In this document: in pieces, positions 37,678 to 44,456 of the stretch | How positions within the stretch are numbered: the stretch's first letter is position 1 | Layout: each line of letters begins with the position of its first letter | Source of the DNA: a virus | Reading direction: 5' to 3' (one strand) | IMG/VR virus record: IMGVR_UViG_3300036820_000002 | Coordinates: 1 to 64,000 of that record | Length of the DNA stretch: 64,000 nucleotides | The notes under the pieces: generated by a model | The model's input: only the letters and a program-made list of their open reading frames with translations | What the model was told of the DNA's origin: nothing | The model's database searches: none | Translations under genes and position numbers: made by a program

Positions 37678-38253
37678 GTGATGATACGGTCGGCTGTTCT
37701 CGCAGCAGCAGCTGCCATGACGGCAGCGATTGCCCTGGCTGTCCCTGCTGGTGCGGTGACGGGACCTCCGGCCGGCTCCCGGGGAACCGGGGTGATCTCG
37801 GTGAGGACGAGCAAGGAGAAGCTCTGCCTGACCGCCCTGGGCAGCGGGGTGGTCGTGGCCAAGCCGTGCGTATCCAGGCTCAGCGACGAAGGGGACGGGC
37901 AGGCGTGGTTGCTGTCCCGTTATGACGGCTTCCTGGCCGTGAGGTCAGTCCGCGAGTCAGGTGAGTGCCTGGGGTCGCGTGGCGGGACGGCTTCCGCTGT
38001 GCTGGTGAGCTGCACGGCGAGCAATGAGGGCGGTGACGCTCTCCGCTACGTGGAACTGGGTGACGACGCGTGTCCCGGTATCGCTGCCACCTCAGATTGC
38101 GCCGAGATCACGCTGGTTAACGGGCGTAAGCTGACCGCCTGGGTCGCGGCCCGGGGCCATCGTGACTCCTATGCCGTCGTGACCTGGGATGAGGATCCGG
38201 GAGGCATGAACGTCCGGTTTACCTGGGCGGTGCCGGGGTGGCATCATGATTAG
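37678..38253 (+). CDS. secreted ricin-B lectin-like protein
   Basis: Signal peptide; LCLTA...KPC...GQAW, ECLGS...VSC. Confidence 0.65.
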   Translation: MMIRSAVLAAAAAMTAAIALAVPAGAVTGPPAGSRGTGVISVRTSKEKLCLTALGSGVVVAKPCVSRLSDEGDGQAWLLSRYDGFLAVRSVRESGECLGSRGGTASAVLVSCTASNEGGDALRYVELGDDACPGIAATSDCAEITLVNGRKLTAWVAARGHRDSYAVVTWDEDPGGMNVRFTWAVPGWHHD

Positions 38254-38259
38254 CAGGAG

Positions 38260-38295
38260 CTGGTGATAGTCTCTGACCAGAGAATGAATTGCGAC
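38260..38295 (+). repeat. solitary full-length CRISPR repeat
   Basis: CTGGTGATAGTCTCTGACCAGAGAATGAATTGCGAC, 35/36 to consensus. Confidence 0.95.
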
Positions 38296-38408
38296 AGGAA
38301 TTGCGGCAAGGACCTGTACCGGGAGTGCTTTGACTGCTGGGACGGGTACCATGTCTACGCTACGACACCGGGGAGCAGGATCAGGTGCCCTCCGTGTGAC
38401 CAGAAGAA

Positions 38409-38533
38409 GACCGGGAAGGTGGGCTTAGAGGCAGCCATCCTCTAAGGAGTGAGAGTACCGGCGTGAGGCGTCGGCGGAGCGCCTGGCCTCACCGGGCAGC
38501 TCCGGTCTCTTCGGCGTAACAGCACACCCGGTC
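38409..38533 (+). ncRNA. 23S rRNA L11-binding (GTPase-associated centre, H43-H44) mimic
   Basis: GACCGGGAAGGTGGGCTTAGAGGCAGCCATCCTCTAAGGAGT...GCGTAACAGCACACCCGGTC aligns to 23S nt about 1050-1108 with a hairpin insertion. Confidence 0.75.
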
Positions 38534-38584
38534 AGTCCTGATGGTGTACAGTGAACAGGGAAAAGAAAGAACAGTGAGGAACGG

Positions 38585-39055
38585 ATGAGACTCGCCGAGG
38601 CGCTGCGTGAGCGCGCCGATACCCAGAAGAAGCTCGCGCAGCTGAGTCACCGCATCAGCGAGAACGCCCGGGTCCATGAGGGGGATACCCCCGACGAGGC
38701 CCCCCTGGATCTCCTGGCTGAGGCCAGGGTGAGGATGATCACGCTGGAAGAGCTGATCCGGCGCATCAACGCGACGAACGCCGCGACTCCGCTGACCCCG
38801 GAGATGACGCTCACCGCCGCGATGGCCCGCCGCGAGGCGCTGACCAACCTGCAGAAGTTCCTCACTGCCGCCGCCGATGCTGCCGCCGGCGGTACTGCTG
38901 ACCGGATGTGGGGCCGCCGCCGCGCGACTGAGCTCCGGGAGGTGGCGGCCTTGCCGGTGAAGGACCTCCGCGCCGAAGCGGACCGGGTGTCCGGGGAGCT
39001 GAGGAAGCTGTCCATGAGCATCGAGGAAATGAACTGGAAGACGGAACTGATGTAG
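38585..39055 (+). CDS. DIP1984/DUF6847-family protein
   Basis: MRLAEALRERAD...NARVHEGDTPDE...IRRINATN...IEEMNWKTEL. Confidence 0.88.
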   Translation: MRLAEALRERADTQKKLAQLSHRISENARVHEGDTPDEAPLDLLAEARVRMITLEELIRRINATNAATPLTPEMTLTAAMARREALTNLQKFLTAAADAAAGGTADRMWGRRRATELREVAALPVKDLRAEADRVSGELRKLSMSIEEMNWKTELM

Positions 39056-39059
39056 AGGG

Positions 39060-39250
39060 GAAGACGGTAGCTGCTCGTCACCCGTCCGGGGTGAGTACGC
39101 AATCCTCGCAAGATTCATGGTCTTGCATCACAGCACATGCGCGGGGCCGCATGACAATCATTACCAGTCAGCCCAGCATCTATGCAGCAGTCAGCGGCGG
39201 AAGCCGTTACCAGTTATTTTTATCACCATGTGCTAACCGGACAGGATTAC
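39060..39250 (+). ncRNA. candidate structured RNA downstream of DIP1984 gene
   Basis: Several long-range complementary blocks including a possible pseudoknot. Confidence 0.4.
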
Positions 39251-39252
39251 TG

Positions 39253-39660
39253 ATGGCAGCGAGGGCGGGCCAGGGGAATTCCCCCCAGCAGAAGCCTTTC
39301 TTGAGCATACGGCTCAAGGATTGTGAGGTGCAGACGTTCCAGTCCGGCGGACCGGGCGGCCAGCACCAGAATCATTCCAATACCGGGGTCCGGATCATCC
39401 ACCGGGCGTCCGGGGCCCGTGGGGAGTCGCGGGAGGAACGTAGCCAGCTGCTGAACAAGAAGGCGGCGTTCCGGCGGATGACAGAACATGTGATGTTCCG
39501 GGTGTGGGTGAACCGGATGATCTTCTATGCCGGGAAATCCCCGGAGGAGAGGGTGAAGGAAGACCTGGTACCGCAGAATCTGCGCACGGAAGCCCGTCGC
39601 GGGAACCGGTGGGTACCTTATGCGGCAGAAGGGAATGATCATGGCGGAACCGCAGGATGA
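39253..39660 (+). CDS. RF-1 domain peptidyl-tRNA hydrolase (ArfB/PrfH-like)
   Basis: SGGPGGQHQNHSNTGVRIIH...ERSQLLNKKAAF. Confidence 0.9.
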   Translation: MAARAGQGNSPQQKPFLSIRLKDCEVQTFQSGGPGGQHQNHSNTGVRIIHRASGARGESREERSQLLNKKAAFRRMTEHVMFRVWVNRMIFYAGKSPEERVKEDLVPQNLRTEARRGNRWVPYAAEGNDHGGTAG

Positions 39661-39798
39661 CCAGGCTGACGAGGAAATCATCGAGGAGCTCGTCAAGGGC
39701 TATTCCGGTGACGGCCTGTTCCGCGAGCAGAACTCGCCGCACCCGAAGTAATGGAGATGAACGGGCAGGAGCGCACCTCTCACGGAGGGGTGCGCCGG

Positions 39799-39870
39799 AC
39801 GCGGGTAGCTCAGCGGCAGAGCGACGCTCAGATGAAGCGGAGGCCGGTGGTCCGAGTCCACCCCCGCGTA
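39799..39870 (+). tRNA. atypical tRNA with GAT anticodon (possibly pseudo)
   Basis: Acceptor ACGCGGG/CCCGCGT, normal D arm, loop CA-GAT-GA, T-loop TCC. Confidence 0.6.
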
Positions 39871-39871
39871 C

Positions 39872-40260
39872 TGATCCGCCTCAGGGAAGAGCTGGGGCTG
39901 CCGGGATGCCCGTACGTGATCCGGTGGCGCCTTCAGGTCCCCGGGGGGTCGGTCCGGCTGCATCACTGGCTGGGCCCTGATGATGACCGTGCTCACCATG
40001 ATCATCCGTGGTGGTTCGTGACCCTGGTACTGCGCGGCGGCTACACCGACCGCAGTCCTGGGGGGACCGAGCGCTTGCGGGCGGGATCGGTGCGGTACCG
40101 CCCGGCTCTGTACCGGCATACGGTGGTTCCTGATCCCGGCGGCGCCTGGACGCTGTTGGTTACCGGTCCCCGGGTGCGGGACTGGGGATTTTGGCCGGGG
40201 AAGTTCGTGAAGGCTAACAAGTGGTTCTTCCGGTACGGTCATCACCCGTGTTTCGAGGAT
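39872..40260 (+). CDS. cupin-like hypothetical protein (ends approximate)
   Basis: VRLHHW...DDRAHHDHPWWFVTLVLRGGY...RDWGFW; the frame stays open to 40410 across tRNA genes. Confidence 0.6.
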
Positions 40261-40341
40261 TCGCCTAGCGGCTTAGGGCGCACGCCCGGAAAGCGTGTTG
40301 GGGGTGACCCCCCCTCGCGAGTTCGAATCTCGCATCCTCGG
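40254..40341 (+). tRNA. tRNA-Ser(GGA)
   Basis: Cloverleaf with long arm; C33. Confidence 0.85.
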
Positions 40342-40345
40342 CGAT

Positions 40346-40434
40346 GGAGACGTGGCACGAGTGGCTTAAGGCTCCGGTCCCGAAAACCGGCGGGTGTAAC
40401 AGCCCCGTGAGTTCGAATCTCACCGTCTCCTCCA
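40346..40434 (+). tRNA. tRNA-Ser(CGA)
   Basis: Cloverleaf with long arm; C33; encoded CCA. Confidence 0.85.
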
Positions 40435-40435
40435 A

Positions 40436-40510
40436 GGGCTGGTAACTCAGCAGGTCAGAGTACCCGTCTGATAAGCGGGAAGCCGGCAGGTTCAAATCCT
40501 CCCCAGCCCA
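40436..40510 (+). tRNA. tRNA-Ile(GAT)
   Basis: Cloverleaf. Confidence 0.85.
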
Positions 40511-40511
40511 C

Positions 40512-40586
40512 AGGCCGGTAACTCAAGTTGGTCAGAGTGCCATTCTTATAAGATGGGAGTCACGGGTTCGAACCCCGTCCGGCCTA
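40512..40586 (+). tRNA. tRNA-Ile(TAT)
   Basis: CCATT-CT-TAT-AA-GATGG. Confidence 0.88.
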
Positions 40587-40594
40587 CCGGAGCC

Positions 40595-40855
40595 ATGATG
40601 AAGCGCAAGGATGATAACAGCTGCCGGTGTGATCCGCCGCCTTTTACCGGAGGGTGCCGGTACCGGCTGTGCCGGTACGGTCACTGCGCGGAGTACGTGT
40701 GCTTGCGCTGCGATCTGTTCAGCTGGGGATACGGCCCTATGCTGTGCAAGTGTGATGTCCCTAAGCCCAGGCTCTTCCTTTACCCGGACATGGACGTGAA
40801 ACCGCACGTAGCCCTCAAGTCGTCAGCACGCCGGCGGCGGGTAAGGAAATGGTGA
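40595..40855 (+). CDS. Cys-rich hypothetical protein
   Basis: ORF between tRNAs. Confidence 0.4.
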   Translation: MMKRKDDNSCRCDPPPFTGGCRYRLCRYGHCAEYVCLRCDLFSWGYGPMLCKCDVPKPRLFLYPDMDVKPHVALKSSARRRRVRKW

Positions 40856-41127
40856 ACCGCCAGCCGCTGGCAGCATTCATCCAGGAAGGGTGCTACCGTA
40901 GCTGGCACCGCCACGGGAAACGGGCGAAGCACCGTTCTGTACGGCGTGAGCGGATGCTGGCCCGCACGGAAGCCAGGGAGGCCGTGATGAGCGAACCTGA
41001 GAGCGGATATGATATCTGGCCGTACGGTGATGACAACATGCCGGCGGTCGGTGACCCTGATGATGATTATGAATGGGTAGAGGACCTGCTCACCGCCGAG
41101 CGGGCCAGCCGTTCCGGGCCCCTGTAG
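40849..41127 (+). CDS. hypothetical protein
   Basis: Coupled ORF. Confidence 0.4.
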   Translation: MVNRQPLAAFIQEGCYRSWHRHGKRAKHRSVRRERMLARTEAREAVMSEPESGYDIWPYGDDNMPAVGDPDDDYEWVEDLLTAERASRSGPL

Positions 41128-41190
41128 CTTAACGGAGAAAGCAGGGAGCTTCTAACTCCCGGGATGCGCGTTCGAGTCGTGTCAGGGGCG
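41118..41190 (+). tRNA. tRNA-Arg(TCT)
   Basis: Cloverleaf. Confidence 0.85.
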
Positions 41191-41192
41191 CT

Positions 41193-41265
41193 GGTCCCTT
41201 GGGGTAATGCGCAGCCCGCCGCCCTCTCATGGCGGAGATTGCCGGTTCGAATCCGGCAGGGATCA
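41193..41265 (+). tRNA. tRNA-Glu(CTC)
   Basis: Cloverleaf. Confidence 0.85.
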
Positions 41266-41299
41266 CTGATGTACCAGGAAAAGAAGAGAAAGGTCCAGC

Positions 41300-41881
41300 A
41301 TGAAGAAGATGCTCGCCTGTGCCGCCGCGCTGGCAGGCGCGGCGGCAGGAACGGCAGTGATGGCCGTCCCTGTGCACGCGGTCACGGCTGCTAATGACGG
41401 GGCTGGCCGGATCACCATGACCGTCAGCGGTGTCACCCGGTGCCTGGCAGGTAATCCGGAGACCAAGGCGGTTACCCTCGGCAGCTGCTCGGACGCGCAG
41501 TCCTGGGCGATCACTGCTTCAGCCGGGGTCATGTACGTCGACTGGATCAGGAACCCGCTGCTCTGCCTCGGCGTGAAGCCAGCCAGCGGCAGTGCGCTGC
41601 TGGTCCGGTGCGATGCCCGTGATGTTACCAGCGCTTACCTGGGATATGATTTCCGGAACTCCAGGGACGCGGTCATCACATCCCCCGGTCCGAGTGCCTT
41701 CGAAGAGATCCTGCCTCCCGGGTTTGTTACCCGGGCCCGGCTGACAGTGGTCGTGCCGGAACAGGTCACGGCTACCACGGTCCTCCCGGTGCTCTGGGCT
41801 GGCCGTAACTTCATCGCTGAACCGGGATCGGCCCAGGACGTATGGACGCTGCCTAAGCTCAGCCCGACCCGCAAGGACTAG
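41300..41881 (+). CDS. secreted ricin-B lectin-like protein
   Basis: Signal peptide; RCLAG...LGSCSDAQSW, LCLGV...VRC. Confidence 0.65.
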   Translation: MKKMLACAAALAGAAAGTAVMAVPVHAVTAANDGAGRITMTVSGVTRCLAGNPETKAVTLGSCSDAQSWAITASAGVMYVDWIRNPLLCLGVKPASGSALLVRCDARDVTSAYLGYDFRNSRDAVITSPGPSAFEEILPPGFVTRARLTVVVPEQVTATTVLPVLWAGRNFIAEPGSAQDVWTLPKLSPTRKD

Positions 41882-41903
41882 CTGCCTGGCCGCCGGGGGT
41901 AAT

Positions 41904-41986
41904 GCCGTCGTTGCTCTGATGGTGAGGGGCCGCCGCCCTTTCATGGCGGATTAGCGACGGGGGTTCGATTCCCCCCGGCGGCACCA
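41904..41986 (+). tRNA. tRNA-Glu(TTC), atypical length
   Basis: CCGCC-CT-TTC-AT-GGCGG, canonical T arm, encoded CCA. Confidence 0.7.
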
Positions 41987-42472
41987 GGATAAGGAAGGAA
42001 GCCGTTGATCTGCAGGCACAGCGATGAAGGGAGAGCGGAGGCAGACGCCTTGCTCGCCGAAGTGAAGCAGCGACTCGGCGGCCGGGATGGGCCGGTCACC
42101 GACGGCACCCTGCTTAGCTGCGTGATATATAGCCTGAACCAGGACTTCGGTGCGCAGATCACCGAGATCATGTGTGATCTGTGGGCGGTAGTCTGCGCCT
42201 CTACGTACCGGGATTCGGATGACCCCTTCGAGGTGAGCATCTACTGCGATAACGTGGAAGACGGGATCGCCGCCGCCTGGAAGGCGTTCGCGGACAGGAA
42301 GGACGGAAATGCTGCTGCTGGAGCGGATGGCCCTGGAATCGGACTGGCAGGAGACCTGCCCGGTGAAGGTGGCGGAGCTGATGACGTTCATGACTCCCAT
42401 CGCACCAGTGCTGGGTAACCTGGAAGACAGCACCGGGGAGCCGCGAATCTGGCGGTATCGGGTGTGCGGCAT

Positions 42473-42546
42473 GCCGCCGTGGTGAAGTCGGAAATTCACG
42501 GTGTCCTCATAAGGCACAGAGCCCTGTTCGAGCCAGGGCGGCGGTA
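42473..42546 (+). tRNA. tRNA-Met(CAT)
   Basis: Cloverleaf. Confidence 0.8.
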
Positions 42547-42555
42547 CGAAATCGC

Positions 42556-42584
42556 TTGACGGCACGGGATCTGCCGGCGATAAT
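42556..42584 (+). promoter_or_regulatory. SigA-type promoter before tRNA-fMet
   Basis: TTGACG-17bp-GATAAT. Confidence 0.55.
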
Positions 42585-42595
42585 GGATCCTACGA

Positions 42596-42672
42596 CGCGG
42601 GGTGGAACAGTTCGGTAGTTCGCTGGGCTCATAACCCAGAAGTCGCAGGTTCAAATCCTGCCCCCGCTACCA
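42596..42672 (+). tRNA. initiator tRNA-fMet(CAT)
   Basis: CGCGGGG start with 1:72 mismatch, three G-C pairs in anticodon stem, CCA. Confidence 0.93.
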
Positions 42673-42739
42673 GAGGCACCTGGCACAGTCAGGAGTCGAC
42701 CACGGGCTGCTGCTTACCGTGGCCTCAGAAGCAGCGTAA

Positions 42740-42813
42740 TCCCCGATAGCTCAACTGGCGGTAGCGTCCGGCTGTTAACCGGAAGGTTCCTGGTTCGATC
42801 CCAGGCCGGGGAG
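42740..42813 (+). tRNA. tRNA-Asn(GTT)
   Basis: Cloverleaf. Confidence 0.9.
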
Positions 42814-42917
42814 CGCTAGTCCGGGAAACGAGGGCCAGTGGCCTGCGGCTGCCTGCGCCGCGAGCATGAAGCAGGACAGTATGAGGGGTTCCCCGGTCAG
42901 CCGCCTCATGCGCCTAT

Positions 42918-42992
42918 GGTCTTGTAGAGCAGCCCGGAGTGCTCGCCACCCTGTCACGGTGGAGGTCGCGGGTCCGAATCCCGCCAGGACCG
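42918..42992 (+). tRNA. tRNA-Asp(GTC)
   Basis: Cloverleaf, T-loop TCC. Confidence 0.9.
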
Positions 42993-43008
42993 CATAGAGT
43001 GGAACGAT

Positions 43009-43275
43009 ATGACCGCCAGCAGGAAAAAGCAGATTACCCTGTACCGGATAACCCGGATCAAGTACATCCGCAACCTGGCTCTGGGCTGGAAAGCGGACTC
43101 GGTGAGTATCGTCTACTGCTCCACGAAGGCCAGCCTTACTAATGCCCGCAAGGAACTGATCGTACTTAACGGGCATCAGTGGGCACGCGGGCAAGGCAAC
43201 CCTCGCATCCGGTATGAACTGATAGCAGAGTGGTGCCCGATGCCGGAGTTCCAGCCACTGGACCTGGGCGCGTAG
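43009..43275 (+). CDS. hypothetical protein
   Basis: ORF between tRNAs. Confidence 0.45.
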   Translation: MTASRKKQITLYRITRIKYIRNLALGWKADSVSIVYCSTKASLTNARKELIVLNGHQWARGQGNPRIRYELIAEWCPMPEFQPLDLGA

Positions 43276-43338
43276 CTCAGCGGTATGAGTGCTCGCCTGA
43301 CGCGCGAGAAGGCGGCAGTTCGATCCTGCCCGTGCCCA
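43266..43338 (+). tRNA. tRNA-Val(GAC)
   Basis: Cloverleaf. Confidence 0.85.
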
Positions 43339-43391
43339 CCGGGGTTACTGATCAGGACTGAGGTATCTCTCCTGATTTCTGGCCCTGCCAG

Positions 43392-43465
43392 GCCCCCATA
43401 GCTCAGCGGAATAGAGCGGCCGGCTACGAACCGGCAGGCCGGGAGTTCGAGTCTCCCTGGGGGTA
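43392..43465 (+). tRNA. tRNA-Arg(ACG)
   Basis: Cloverleaf. Confidence 0.9.
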
Positions 43466-43466
43466 C

Positions 43467-43685
43467 GTGATATGGACTGATATCGACCCGGCGGACGCCG
43501 TGGACATTGATTGCCGGGAGCGCCTGGATCTTGACCCGCCGCTCAACGAGAACCAGGAGGCATGCCCGTGGCCCTGGGACCCGCAGCAGCTCAAGGGTGC
43601 TCCGCTGGGCCAGTATCACTGCCCGTACTGCGGGGCGATGGTGATGGCAGGTCTTCCCCATCCGGATTACCGGAGGGATCTCTAA
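43467..43685 (+). CDS. small zinc-ribbon hypothetical protein
   Basis: CPWPWDPQQL...GQYHCPYCGAMVMAG. Confidence 0.65.
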   Translation: MIWTDIDPADAVDIDCRERLDLDPPLNENQEACPWPWDPQQLKGAPLGQYHCPYCGAMVMAGLPHPDYRRDL

Positions 43686-43702
43686 GGGAAAAAAAGAAGC
43701 AA

Positions 43703-43773
43703 GGTCGGCTAGCTCAATGGAAGAGCGAGGCGTTTACACCGCCAGGACGAGGGTCCGATTCCTTCGCTGACTA
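43703..43773 (+). tRNA. tRNA-Val(TAC)
   Basis: Cloverleaf, T-loop TCC. Confidence 0.82.
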
Positions 43774-43775
43774 CC

Positions 43776-43848
43776 GGGTCGTGATCCAAGTGGCTGAGGA
43801 AGCGGTTTGTGGAACCGTTACTGGCGGGTTCGAATCCCGTACGACCCT
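43776..43848 (+). tRNA. tRNA-His(GTG)
   Basis: GCGGT-TT-GTG-GA-ACCGT. Confidence 0.8.
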
Positions 43849-43861
43849 CCCGTCTGATCTC

Positions 43862-43943
43862 GCCAGGGTGTCCGAGCGGTCAAAAGAGGCGCTCTGTAAA
43901 AGCGTTGGCCCTGCCTTCCCAGGTTCGAATCCTGGTCCTGGCA
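43862..43943 (+). tRNA. tRNA-Tyr(GTA)
   Basis: Cloverleaf with long arm. Confidence 0.88.
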
Positions 43944-43997
43944 CGTGAAATACGAGTTCTTTCATTGACGTAATGGACGATCTGTACAGTCCTGTAT

Positions 43998-44070
43998 GCT
44001 CCCATGGTAAAGGGGATATTACGCTGGTTTCCGAAGCCAGAGATCGCCTGTTCGAATCAGGCTGGGAGCA
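43998..44070 (+). tRNA. tRNA-Arg(CCG)
   Basis: Cloverleaf. Confidence 0.85.
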
Positions 44071-44075
44071 CGCCT

Positions 44076-44148
44076 GACCCCGTGCTGAAGCGGCTAACAG
44101 AGCTGCCTGCAAAGCAGCCATTCGCGGGTTCGAGTCCCGCCGGGGTCT
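44076..44148 (+). tRNA. tRNA-Cys(GCA)
   Basis: Cloverleaf. Confidence 0.85.
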
Positions 44149-44171
44149 CGGAGAAAAGAGAGGAAGTCATC

Positions 44172-44369
44172 ATGCTGCTCAAGAGCCAGCAGCGGGTATA
44201 CCTGCTCGCCGCACCCTCTAATGCGGGTCATGTGTCCCGTATCCGGGGTGACCAGTTCACTGTCACCTATGACAGTCCCGGACGGCCCAAGGGCCATCCC
44301 CGGGTCCGGGTGACCTACCAGGAGCGCCAGGTGTCCCAGTTCGGCACCGGCAATCTCGGCCAGCCCTGA
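44172..44369 (+). CDS. hypothetical protein
   Basis: GAGGA RBS. Confidence 0.5.
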   Translation: MLLKSQQRVYLLAAPSNAGHVSRIRGDQFTVTYDSPGRPKGHPRVRVTYQERQVSQFGTGNLGQP

Positions 44370-44434
44370 TAGCTCAGAGGACAGAGCGGGGCTCTCCTAA
44401 GGCCTGCGCGGGGGTTCGAGTCCCTCTCAGGGCA
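44363..44434 (+). tRNA. tRNA-Arg(CCT)
   Basis: Cloverleaf. Confidence 0.88.
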
Positions 44435-44456
44435 CGTTACGCTAGGACCGGAAGAG

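Noticed and set aside
41904-41986. tRNA-Sec (TCA)
   Set aside because: The seven-base loop centres on TTC and matches the neighbouring Glu(CTC) stem
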